Shown here piece after piece: positions 9,643 to 20,215 of a stretch of 64,000 bases of DNA. Location of the stretch: assembly GCA_038141425.1 (NCBI GenBank), contig JAYQIC010000003.1, forward strand, positions 151,175 through 215,174. Reading direction: 5' to 3'. The position numbers were made by a program, and so were the translations under genes. Under the pieces are notes generated by a model. It made no database searches and had not been told where the DNA came from. It worked only from the letters and a program-made list of their open reading frames with translations. The first letter of the stretch is position 1. Each line of letters begins with the position of its first letter. Source of the DNA: Rhodospirillaceae bacterium (lineage in GTDB: Bacteria; Pseudomonadota; Alphaproteobacteria; UBA7985).

Positions 9643-10915
9643 ATGACCGCGACCCGCGCCCCCCGACCCTCGATGTTTGACCGCCCCGGCGGCACGCTGG
9701 CCCTGGCCGGGATCAACGGCCTGCTGTGGGGGGTGGTTGTCTCCATCCTGATCGGTGCCGGGCTGGCGCTGGTCACGGGCCTCGCGCTGCGCCCGCAGCT
9801 GGGCACATTTGCGCTCGCTGGCCTCGCGGGTGCGGCGGTGCACGCGGGCCTGAGGGCCGACGCGCTGGGCTGGCGCAGCCCGCAGAGCCTCGCGCCGCTG
9901 GCCGCGATCCTGCTGGTCAGTCTCGGGCTCTCGGGACTTCAGCCCTTCAACCTCGGCATCGGCGAGGCGCCGCTGGCGTGGCTGGCCTCGCTGCTGCTGA
10001 CCGCGCTGGGGCTGCACTGGGTCATCCTGGCCAGTCAGCACCCGATCCGCTTTGGCCGCATGAACAGGTTCCGGCGTGAGCAGGCGCTGATGCTGTCGCT
10101 GCGCGCCTTTGGCTTTGTGTTCTTCGGCGTGATCGTGGTGCTGCCGCTCTACGTGCTGGTGATGACCAGCCTGAAGACCCAGCAGGCCCTGCTGGCGAAC
10201 CCGCTCGATCTGTGGCCCGACTTTGATCAGGGGTTGATGACCCCGCTGCGCTCCTACATCGAGCTGTTCCGCGATTTCGATTTCGGGCGTTACATGTGGA
10301 ATTCGGCGCTGATCTCTGTTGCCACCGTTGTGATCACGCTGCTGTTTGCCGTGCCCGGATCCTACGCTGTCAGCCGGCTGAGTTTTCCCGGGCGGCTGAC
10401 CATGTCGCGCTCGATCCTGATGATCTATCTGGTGCCGGCGATCGTGCTGGTGATCCCGCTCTATGCCATTTTCGCCAAGCTCGGCCTGCGCGATAACCTG
10501 TGGGGGCTGCTGGTGGTCTATCCGGCGACGACGCTGCCGGTCGCGCTCTATATGCTGCAGGGGTACTTCCGCGGCGTCCCGCGCGAGCTGGAAGAAGCCG
10601 GTTTGATGGACGGCTGTTCGCGCCTGCGGGTGATCTGGTCGATCACGCTGCCGCTGTCAGTCCCGGCTCTGGCCTCCGTTTCTCTCTACGTTTTCATGAT
10701 CGCCTGGAACGAGTTCCTGTTTGCCTTCATGTTCCTCGACGATCCCAAGATGTTCACGCTCTCGCGCGGGGTCGTTTCTCTGGACAGTTCTGAGGTCCCG
10801 CGCCAGCACTTGATGGCTGGTGCCGGGGTCTCGACGGTTCCCATTGTTATTATTTTCCTCTGGGCTGAGCGTTTTATGGTCCAGGGGCTGACGAGCGGCG
10901 GGGTGAAGGGGCTGA
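9643..10915 (+). CDS. ABC sugar transporter permease (MalG/UgpE type) with a ~135-aa N-terminal multi-TM extension
   Basis: Core permease motifs (LEEAGLMDGCSRLRVIWSITLP). The ORF track runs on to 11244 only because the expected stop (TGA 10913-10915, TGATG overlap with the next ATG) is out of frame after a G-run. Confidence 0.8.
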
Positions 10916-12211
10916 TGTCACGCTATCAGGAAGCACTGCAGATCCTAAAGGATAACGACCGGGGGGAGTTCAGCGTTCCCACCCACGGGCTCTATCCTGT
11001 GCAGTTCAACTGGGATTCGCCTTCGCGGCGCTGGGCTACCGCCTGTTTGCACCGCAGCGGGCGCTGCGCGAGATCGAATTGCTGCTCGAAGGGCAGTGGG
11101 CTGACGGTATGGTCCCGCGTATGTGTCTTCCGCGGCGAGCACGACGGCTACTTCCCGGCCCTGACGTCTGGAGCACAGGGCAGCCGATCCCGACCAGCGG
11201 CATCACCCAGCCCCCCGTCGCAGGCTCCGTGCTGCGCCGGCTGATCGAAACCGGGGTCGAGGTCGACCAGCCGCGGCTGACAACCATGGTGCAGCGATTG
11301 GTTGACTGGCACGCCTGGTTCTCGGTCGCGCGCCAGTGCCCGGACACCGGCGCGATTATGATCATCCATCCTTAGGAGTCCGGCCGCGATAACCTCAGCG
11401 ACTGGGACAAGGCCATGGCGGCCGTGATCCCCGATACCGGGCTGGGCGAATATAAGCGCCGCGACCTCGAACACGTCGACGCCTCACAGCGGCCGACCAA
11501 GGAAGAATACGACCGCTACCTGACCCTTGTGCGCTTCGGCCGTGACTGTAACTGGGACCAGTCCCACCTCGGCCGCAGCAGTCCCTTCCGCATGCTCGAC
11601 CCCGGGATGACGGCCATGCTGCTCCGCGCTGAGCGCGACCTGATCTGGCTGCAAACCCGGGTCGGGCAGGATATCAACGCCACTCAGGCCCGGATCAAAC
11701 GCCTCGAAGACGGATGCGCGCGCTCTGGAACCCCGGCGTCAAGGGCTTCACCAGCCTCAACCAGATCACCGGCGAGCCCGGGCTGGCGGTCTCGTCTGCG
11801 TCCTTCCTCGGCCCTTACGCCGGGATGCTCGACCATCTGAGCGAGACCCCTCGACCACTTCGACCGGATCGCGGGACGGGTGAAATACATGGTGCCGAGC
11901 TTCGACCCCGATGCACCGGGTTTCGATGCGCGGCGCTACTGGCGCGGCCCGGTCTGGTACGTCGTCAACAACCGCATTGGTCTGGGCCTGCGGGAGATCG
12001 GCGAGTTGGACCGGTCCGAGCGCATCCGGCGCGATACGGCGGCGCTGAGTGAAGCCACGGGCTTCAGCGAATACTACGACCCCTCACCGGAGACGGGCTG
12101 GGCGGTACGCGCTTTACCTGGTCGGCGTCGGTCTATCTGGACTGGGCCAGCGAACAGGCAGGCGCCGGCGCCGGTGGTGCCACCGCCACTGCAACCGCCG
12201 GGCAGGGCTGA
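10915..12211 (+). pseudogene. GH63-like (alpha/alpha)6-barrel glycoside hydrolase (mannosylglycerate/glucosylglycerate-hydrolase-like) with at least 6 frame breaks and one in-frame TAG
   Basis: Fragments in three frames give MSRYQEALQIL..., [51 protein letters not shown] and [10 protein letters not shown]. The TAG at 11373-11375 sits where I expect Trp in an HPWESGxDN-type motif (from memory of the family). Confidence 0.6.
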
Positions 12212-12225
12212 GAGGATCGAGACCC

Positions 12226-13306
<1,081 letters not shown>

Positions 13307-13308
13307 AG

Positions 13309-14450
13309 TCAGGTCGGACGCGGTGACGCTGCTGGCCTCGTTCCCAGCCCGATCCAGTGGGGCCGGAACCACGCCCGCCGGTGGCCATTGAACAGCCACT
13401 CCAGCGGCGTGAAGCACACGAAGAGATAATACAGCGGCAGCGAGGATCCGAAGCTGATCGCGATGGTCGGCAGCATCAGCGCCCCGGCGGTCATGCCCGC
13501 ACTCAGCCCGATGACCCCGATCCAGATGGAGGGTTGCAGGTGGAAGACGTAGACAGGGTAGGAGACCCTGACGAACCAGTTCACCACGCGATTGCGCCGG
13601 TTGAGCAGGCGGGTGGCTAGGCCGACCATGAACAGCGTCCAGCTGAAGGTTGCCAGCGTGCTGCTGGGCAGCCACAGCAGCAGGGGTACGGTGTTCACGG
13701 TGTAGGCGTCGTGCGCGAATTCCCAGTACGCCAGCATTGAGCCCACGGCCACCAAGCCGGTCAGCGCCAGCAGCCACGACTTGGCGAGGGTCGCGATGGT
13801 GTCGCGATGGTGAAACAGCGCGGCACCGATGATGAACCAGAGCGTGTTGTACGCCAGCGCCAGCGGCTCGATCTCGTTCAGATAGTGGGGGATGACCGTC
13901 CGCACCGGTGGGCGCGCGTAGATGGTCAGCAGGAGCAGCAGCGGCAGATAAAGCAGCAGGCCGGCCACGTGCCGGGCGGGCCAGGCCACGGCCCGCGCCA
14001 CCGGCACCAGCACCCCGGAAACGCCCGGGTCAGGGCAAAAGCAGCGCTCGCCAGTCCGCAGATCATCAGCAGGTGGTAGAGAAACCACAGATGCCCGAGC
14101 TCGAAATCGATGGGCGGGTTGATGGCATCGATGATTAGGCCAAACAACGCCAGCGTCAGCCCCAGACGCACGATGCGGTCACCGAGAAGGCCAGCGCCCC
14201 GCGCCGCCGCAGGATCATCAGGCCGAAGAACCCGGCAAGCAGGAAGAACGCCGGCATGCGCCACTGGTGGATCCAGCCCAGCAGCATCAGCACCCAATCC
14301 TCGGTCTTCGGCACCTCGTACCAGGGCACATCCGACGGCTTCCCAGATTTCTGGCGTGATAAAGGCCAGCGGCGCGTGCAGCACCACGCCCAGGGCCATG
14401 GCGACACCGCGCAGGAGGTCTAGTCCGTGGTAGCGGACGGGTTGTGACAT
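13309..14450 (-). CDS. Acyltransferase family 3 integral membrane protein, frame broken about three times (near 14020, 14195, 14335)
   Basis: N-terminus MSQPVRYHGLDLLRGVAMALGVVLH, RMPAFFLLAGFF motif and multiple TM helices, recovered from ORFs 13926-14486, 14156-14407 and 13309-14088. Confidence 0.7.
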
Positions 14451-14528
14451 GGGATGGGGTCTCACGCTGGCTGCAATCGGCGGCACCTTACAGGCTCCGC
14501 AAGGCCCCCGCCACGCTGTTTCGTCTTC

Positions 14529-14580
14529 GGCGCTCGTCTTTGGCGCTCGTCTCAGGCGCTCGGCTCAGGCTCTGGTGTCA
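14529..14580. repeat. Degenerate 13-bp tandem repeat, 4 units
   Basis: The units are GGCGCTCGTCTTT, GGCGCTCGTCTCA, GGCGCTCGGCTCA and GGCTCTGGTGTCA. They lie between the aldolase stop (14578-14580) and the acyltransferase start (14450). Confidence 0.6.
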
Positions 14581-15411
14581 GGTACCGGTCCAGCTCCGCC
14601 GAAGCAGTTCCGTGGCCAAGGCCTGCAGGGCTGGCTCAGCCCGCGTGATGATTTCGCTGCGGTCAAACAGCGTCGGATCGGCCTCAAGTTCCGCCCGGAT
14701 CTGCCCACCAAAGCGCTGGCGCAGTTCGGTGCCGAGGTTGAGTTTGCGCACGCGGTGGTCCCGCGCCAGCCTGCGGCGGTCTTCGGCGCGAATGCCTGAA
14801 CCGCCGTGGAGCACCAACGGGCAGGTCGTGACGCCACCAATCTTGGCCAGCCGATCCCAGTCGATTACAGCGTGGTCTTCGGTTTGCAGGTGCAGGTTGC
14901 CCACGGAAATGGCGAGGGCGTCGACGTCGGTTTCGGCGGCAAAGATCCGCGCTTCGTCCAGCGTCGTTCCTTCGCTGGGCGCGCCGCCCTGATAGCCAAC
15001 CGTGCCGACCTCCGCCTCGACGCTGACCCCGCGAGCCTGTGCGGCGGCAGTCACCGCCCGCGTCAGGGCGATGTTCTCTTCCAGCGGCAGGGCGCTGCCG
15101 TCGATCATGACGCTGGAAAACCCCGCCTCCAGCGCGGCCTCGCACTCGTCCAGCCGTCGACCGTGGTCAAGGTGCGCCACCACCGGCACGGCGGCGCCGG
15201 CCGCTAGCTCCCGGAACATTTCCCCCCACAGGCGGACGGGCATATTCGCGCGCGCACCCGGCCCGGCAGAGAGGATCACCGGCGCGCCGACCGCTTCGCC
15301 CGCCGCTGTATAAGCCCGGGCGTCTTCCCAGCCCTGACAGACGAAGCCCAGGCAGGCTGCGTTGCGGGCGTCGGCGCGCTCAAGGACGGTCTTGAGGGTG
15401 GCGAGCGGCAT
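14578..15411 (-). CDS. iolJ: Class II ketose-bisphosphate aldolase family protein (IolJ-like, 6-phospho-5-dehydro-2-deoxy-D-gluconate aldolase candidate)
   Basis: Intact 277-aa ORF with class II aldolase motifs (VVAHLDHG, LVLHGGSG). It is translationally coupled to iolB. The symbol is assigned by context only. Confidence 0.6.
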   Translation of the reverse strand: MPLATLKTVLERADARNAACLGFVCQGWEDARAYTAAGEAVGAPVILSAGPGARANMPVRLWGEMFRELAAGAAVPVVAHLDHGRRLDECEAALEAGFSSVMIDGSALPLEENIALTRAVTAAAQARGVSVEAEVGTVGYQGGAPSEGTTLDEARIFAAETDVDALAISVGNLHLQTEDHAVIDWDRLAKIGGVTTCPLVLHGGSGIRAEDRRRLARDHRVRKLNLGTELRQRFGGQIRAELEADPTLFDRSEIITRAEPALQALATELLRRSWTGT

Positions 15412-16250
15412 TACTTGAACTTGGCGATCATGTCTTTGATGCCCGGAATGGTCTCCACCTGATAGGCGTGGGTGGGCTGGAAGAACTGCACCAGCGAGCG
15501 CTGTGAGGCGCCGGCGAGGATGGTGAAATAGTACATCTCGTAACCCGGCGCGGCGACGCAGGGGTGGTAGCCCTTGTCGATCTGCAGGGTGCTGCCGTCG
15601 ACGATGTGGTAGGCCTCGCCCACCTCTCCGTCTTCGCGCTGCAGCAGCTGCATGCCGAAGCCGTGGCCGGGGCGGAAGCGGAAGTTGTAGACTTCATCGT
15701 GGTGGGATTCCTCGGGCAGTCGGTCAGTGTCGTGCTTGTGCGGCGGGAAGCCTGACCAGCCCCCGGCACCGACAGTGTAGAGCTCGGAGACCAGCAGCCG
15801 CCCGACCTTGCCCGGCGGGTTCTGGCCCAACAGGTGTTTGATTTTGCGGTGGGTCTTGGTGTCGTCGCTGCCGTACTGTACAGGGTCGATATCCCCGGCG
15901 CGGACAACGAAGGGCTCGTAGACCTCGTCGAAGGCAGCGCCGGCGATGAATACTTCGCAGTCGGTGAGGGCGGTCATTTCCGCCGCCGCGCCCACAGGCA
16001 CGTAAACCGCGTTCGGCTCCCCGTCCCAGACGTCTTCGCCCCGACCCCCGACGCCATCGGCCGACCAGTCGCCGATCTGCACGTCGATGGTGCCTGTCGC
16101 CGGAACGAGGCAGGTCTCGTAGCCCTCGACGGTGCTGACGAAGCGCTCGCCTGCCGACAGCTTGACGATGTTGAAGTACACCAGCGGTGTCACCGGATCG
16201 GCGCGGTCGACAATGGCGCGGTTCTGGTTGTCGTAGGGGGCTTTATGCAT
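15411..16250 (-). CDS. iolB: 5-deoxy-glucuronate isomerase
   Basis: From MHKAPYDNQ at 16250. Cupin-type IolB motifs (WSGFPPHKHD, EVYNFRF, GYHPCVAAPGYEMYYF). The longer ORF up to 16427 overlaps the upstream kinase gene. Confidence 0.9.
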   Translation of the reverse strand: MHKAPYDNQNRAIVDRADPVTPLVYFNIVKLSAGERFVSTVEGYETCLVPATGTIDVQIGDWSADGVGGRGEDVWDGEPNAVYVPVGAAAEMTALTDCEVFIAGAAFDEVYEPFVVRAGDIDPVQYGSDDTKTHRKIKHLLGQNPPGKVGRLLVSELYTVGAGGWSGFPPHKHDTDRLPEESHHDEVYNFRFRPGHGFGMQLLQREDGEVGEAYHIVDGSTLQIDKGYHPCVAAPGYEMYYFTILAGASQRSLVQFFQPTHAYQVETIPGIKDMIAKFK

Positions 16251-16254
16251 GGGA

Positions 16255-17220
16255 TCAGCGTCCTTTGTGGGCGGCGATGAAGGCCTGAACGGCATCGGTC
16301 GTGGGCATAGCTTGCGCGCAGCCTTGGCGGCTGACAACCATAGCAGCGGCGGCAGATGCGAAATCGACGGCATCTTCCAGCGCGTCTCCGGCGAGCACCC
16401 GCGCCAGCAGCCCGCCCATGAAGGCATCGCCAGCGCCGAAGGGCTTGAGCACGTCGACGGCGTAGATGGGGGTGGTGAAGCGCCGACCCTGGGCGAAGGT
16501 CACCGAGCCGCGCTCGCCCATCTTATAGACCACAAAGCCTGCCGGGCGCTGTTCCGCCAGTCGCTTGGCGACATCTTCACCGGTCTCCCCGGGGCTGGCC
16601 AGCAGCCCGAATTCATCGTCATTGCCGACCACAGCCTGACAGGCGTCGATGGCCTCGAAGTAGACCCGGCGCGCCTCGTCTTCGCCCGCCCACGTGTAGA
16701 CCCGGTAGTCGAGGTCGAGGATGCCGAAGCCGGTGCGCTGCAGCGCGGCGATGGTCGTGCTACGGCTCGGGTCCAGTGCGAGCGCGGTTCCGGTCGCGAC
16801 CAGCGTGGGCGCGCGATCGACCTGCGAGGGTTCGAAGGTTGCCGGGGTCAGCTCGAAGTCTGCAGCCTGATTGCGGTAGATCACCACCTCGCAGTTTTCC
16901 GAGCGGCTCTCGGCCAGCGCCAGCGAGGTGCGCGCTGCACCGGTCACCGGCTGCGGGGTCAGGTGCTCGACGCCATAGTGCTCAAGCTTTTTGGTGACAA
17001 ACCGGCCGATGGGGTCATCGCTGACGGGTGCGGCCAGTCCTGTGTTCAGACCATGGCGGGCGAGGGCGACCGCGATGTTCCCCGCCGAGCCACCCAGATC
17101 GGCGTTGAACGTGTCCGCATCCATGGTTTTGGTGCCGTGCGGGGCGGGGTAGAGGTCCATGCCGGCGCGCCCGAGCACGATTGCCTGCAAGTCCTGCAGG
17201 CCGCGCGGGTGCGGGATCAC
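16255..17220 (-). CDS. PfkB-family carbohydrate kinase (second kinase in the iol operon)
   Basis: Intact 321-aa ORF. PfkB signatures GGSAGN and GAGDAFMGGLL. Confidence 0.8.
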   Translation of the reverse strand: MIPHPRGLQDLQAIVLGRAGMDLYPAPHGTKTMDADTFNADLGGSAGNIAVALARHGLNTGLAAPVSDDPIGRFVTKKLEHYGVEHLTPQPVTGAARTSLALAESRSENCEVVIYRNQAADFELTPATFEPSQVDRAPTLVATGTALALDPSRSTTIAALQRTGFGILDLDYRVYTWAGEDEARRVYFEAIDACQAVVGNDDEFGLLASPGETGEDVAKRLAEQRPAGFVVYKMGERGSVTFAQGRRFTTPIYAVDVLKPFGAGDAFMGGLLARVLAGDALEDAVDFASAAAAMVVSRQGCAQAMPTTDAVQAFIAAHKGR

Positions 17221-19111
17221 GAGGCGCTCCAGGCGGTAATCAGATCATCCAGCGCTGCGGCCATCAGCGCCTTGGCGCCGCTGTCGTCGAGGGATCCGGC
17301 AAACCAGCCTTCAGCCGCCTCCCCGAAGATGGTGCGGCCCACGGCAAAGCCCTTGCACAGCGGCTGTTCGCTGGCCCGGGCGATGCTCTGGCGCACCTGC
17401 TCGCGTGGGGCGGCAAGGCCGAGCAGCAAAACGCCCCGGCAATGGGGATCGTAAGCCTCGATCACTTCGGTCCACGCGTCCCATTCCGCCTGCCAGTTGT
17501 CGGCATCGGGCGCAGGCAGCTTCCACCAATCCGGGAAAATGCCAGCCTCGTAGGCCTGCGTCATCGAGCGGGCGAGGGTGGTCGTGTCCTTGGGCATGTC
17601 GGCGGGTGGGATAAACTCCAGCAGCAGCTCCAGCCCGAGCTCTCTGGTGGCCGTAAACAGCTCCAGCAGCGCAGCCCGCTGTTCCTGCCACATGGCATCG
17701 TCGTCGTCGGGATGGGTGTAGCACAGGCACTTGACCACCTGTCCTTTGGGCCACGCGCGCAGGGTCCCCGCCAGCGAGGGACCGCCCTCGAACCGCAGCG
17801 GCCGGGAGCCGGGAAGTTCGATCGGTGCGGCGAGCCAAAGACCGCCTTCGGCCATGTCGAACAGCGCCTCCTGACCCAGCCGGTGGTCGCAGAGCGCGCC
17901 CAGCTGTCGGTCCGGGTGGTGGGCCACGGCCTCGGCTGTCACTTCGGCGCAGAGGCGTTTGAAGCCGCCGATCTTTGCCGGGTCATCGCAGAGGGCTTCG
18001 AGCTGGCTGCGGTGGTCGAAGGCGAAGGCCAGCACTTCGGGCAGCTCACCTTGCCGGGTGGTCGACCAGTGCAGCTGGTTCAGGGCCCGGTCTTCGCGCA
18101 GCCTGAAATGATCCGAACCATGGGCGATGAAGGTCTGCATTTCTTCTTCCGACGGGTAGGAGGGCGCACAGGCGTGGCGGGATACGGCGAAAGCCCCACA
18201 AGCATTAGCGTAGCGGCAGGCCGTGCGCCACTCTTCCCCGTGCAGGTAGCCGCGCAGCAAGCCGCCCATGAAGGCGTCGCCAGCGCCCAGCACGTTGAAG
18301 ACCTCGATCGGGAAGCCCTCGACCATCAGCCCCTGGTCGAGGCGTTCGGGCACGGCGCCCTCGATGACCACGCAGCCCTGTGCGCCGAGCTTGACCACGA
18401 AGGTTGCCTGCGACACGGCGCGGATGGCGCGCAGGGCTTCGAGGGTGTCGGTCGAGCCGCCGGCAATGTGGATTTCTTCTTCGGTGCCGACGACCACGTC
18501 CATATGGCTCAGCACTTCCTGCAGGTGGCTGGTCACGGACTGGCTGGAGACGAACCGGGTCTCGCCATCGCCCTTATCGGCAAGCCCCCAGAGCACGGGC
18601 CGATAGTCCAGATCGATGATCCGTGCCGCGTTGTGCTTGGCGGCGAGTTCAAGCGCGCGCAGGCTGGCAGCCTTGGTGCCGGGGGTGGAAAAATGAGTCC
18701 CCGAAGTGACCACAGCGCGGGCTGAGGCGATCAGTGCCTCGTCGATGTCGTCGACGCTGATGGCCATGTCGGCGCAATTCTCGCGGTAGAAGATCAGCGG
18801 AAAGCTGACCTGATCCCGGATGCCGAGCAGCACAAGCGCGGTCAGGCGGTCGGGGTCGGTGCGCACGGCCGCGGTGTTGACGCCCTCGCGTTGCAGCTCT
18901 TCACGGATGAAGCGGCCCATGGCATCGTTGCCATCCGGGTGATCAGGGCCGTGTTCAGGCCGAGCCGAGAGGCGCCGATGGAGGTGTTGGTGGGGCTGCC
19001 GCCGATGTATTTGGCGAAGCTTCCCATGTCCTCCAAGCGGCCGCCGATCTGCTCGCCGTAGAGGTCTACGCCCGCGCGCCCGATCATGACGGCGTCAACA
19101 GTTTTCACCAT
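17217..19111 (-). CDS. iolC: 5-dehydro-2-deoxygluconokinase fused to a DUF2090 domain, one frame break near 18925
   Basis: ORFs 18842-19111 and 17217-18920 join (ITRMG-NDAMGRFIREEL requires one extra G). PfkB kinase N-half (GAGDAFMGGLLRG) plus a ~300-aa C-terminal DUF2090-like half, as in alphaproteobacterial IolC. Confidence 0.85.
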
Positions 19112-19143
19112 GGGTTGTACCCTTCGCCCACCGGGAGCCTACG

Positions 19144-19184
19144 CAATTGAAACAATTGTTCTATTTGCAGAATAAACAGAATAT
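19144..19184. promoter_or_regulatory. Candidate iol operator/promoter elements in the iolC-iolG divergent region
   Basis: CAATTGAAACAATTG (19144-19158) followed by TTCTATTTGCAGAATAAACAGAATAT (19159-19184). The GCAGAA-N3/4-CAGAATA core recurs at 25127-25154 in the other iol divergent region. Confidence 0.4.
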
Positions 19185-19235
19185 ATATTTCGTATGGTGA
19201 TGCAAGGCACCTCCCACGTCCAGACAGGAATTAGC

Positions 19236-20215
19236 ATGCGCGTTGTTCAGTTCGGCGCCGGTCGTATCGGCAAAATCCACGCGGGCAATATCGCCGGCCA
19301 TCCCCGCAGTGAACTGGTGGGCATCCATGACCCGGTGGCCGATGCAGCCTCTGCACTGGCGGCAGAACACGGCGCGCAGGCGCTGGGTCTGGAAGAGGCG
19401 CTGGCGCGGGATGATGTCGATGCCGTCGTTATTGCGTCGGCGACCAATGTCCACGCCGATCAGATCGAGGCGGCGGCCAGCGCTGGTAAGGCCGTGTTTT
19501 GTGAAAAGCCCATCGACTTGTCGGTTGAGCGCGTGGAGGCCGTGGTCGATCACCTCGCGCAGCATCCGGTGCCGTTCATGCTCGCCTTCAACCGGCGCTT
19601 CGACCCGAACTTCCGTCGGCTGTGGGAGCAGGTGCAGGCCGGGGCAATCGGAGAGGTCGAGATGGTAACAATCCTGAGCCGCGACCCGGCGCGCCGCCGG
19701 TCGACTATATCCGGGTCTCCGGCGGGCTCTATCGCGACATGATGATTCACGATTTTGATATCGCCCGCTGGCTGGTGGGTGAGGACTTCACCGCCGTGCA
19801 GGCTATGGGGTCAGTGATGGTTGATCCGGCGATCGGCGAGGCGGGGGATGTGGATACCGCCGTCGTGACGCTGTCCACCGACGGCGGCAAGCTGGTCAAC
19901 ATTTCCAACTCGCGGCGGGCCAGCTACGGCTACGACCAGCGCATCGAAGTCCACGGCTCCAAGGGCATGCTGCAGGCGGACAACGTGCTGGAAAGCTCGG
20001 TGGTGCTGTCGTCGGCTGCAGGTGTCATCACCGACAAGCCGATGCATTTCTTTCTGGAACGCTACGCCGCCGCTTACCGCACCGAGTGGGATGCCTTTGT
20101 GCGGCTGGTGCTCGATGGCGAAACCGCGGGTGTTCCGAACCAGCACGACGGGCTGGCGTCACTCCGGCTGGCGGATGCCGCGTCGCAACAGGTGCGCCCT
20201 GCGGGTTCGCGCTAG
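19236..20215 (+). CDS. iolG: myo-inositol 2-dehydrogenase (Gfo/Idh/MocA family), one frame break near 19690
   Basis: MRVVQFGAGRIGKIHA Rossmann start. Motifs CEKPIDL, AFNRRFDP, GEVEMVTILSRDPA then PPPVDYIRVSGG..MIHDFD..NSRRASYGYDQRIEVHGSKG closely parallel rhizobial IdhA as I remember it. Confidence 0.85.

Noticed and set aside
9643-11244. Apparent fusion proteins in the ORF track: permease plus hydrolase (9643-11244), ATPase plus IolB start (27573-28451), and TRAP permease plus TAXI receptor (52534-54345).
   Set aside because: In each case a normal stop codon and a start with a Shine-Dalgarno exist one frame away. The read-through begins at a homopolymer run (10907-10910, ~28312, ~53295-53310). 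They are best explained by 1-nt indels, not real fusions.
11373-11375. In-frame TAG in the GH63-like gene as possible recoding (pyrrolysine or suppression).
   Set aside because: No pyl genes or recoding signals are in view. The codon replaces an expected TGG by a single G-to-A change, and the same gene has many other lesions. A point mutation or sequencing error is far more likely.
20028-20215. 188-nt antiparallel overlap between the iolG 3' end and the RpiR-family regulator gene's 3' end, considered as a functional antisense arrangement.
   Set aside because: The regulator's last ~60 codons beyond the SIS domain are low-complexity (ANPQGAPVATRHPPAGV...). They probably arise from a missed stop after an indel, so the overlap is likely artificial.
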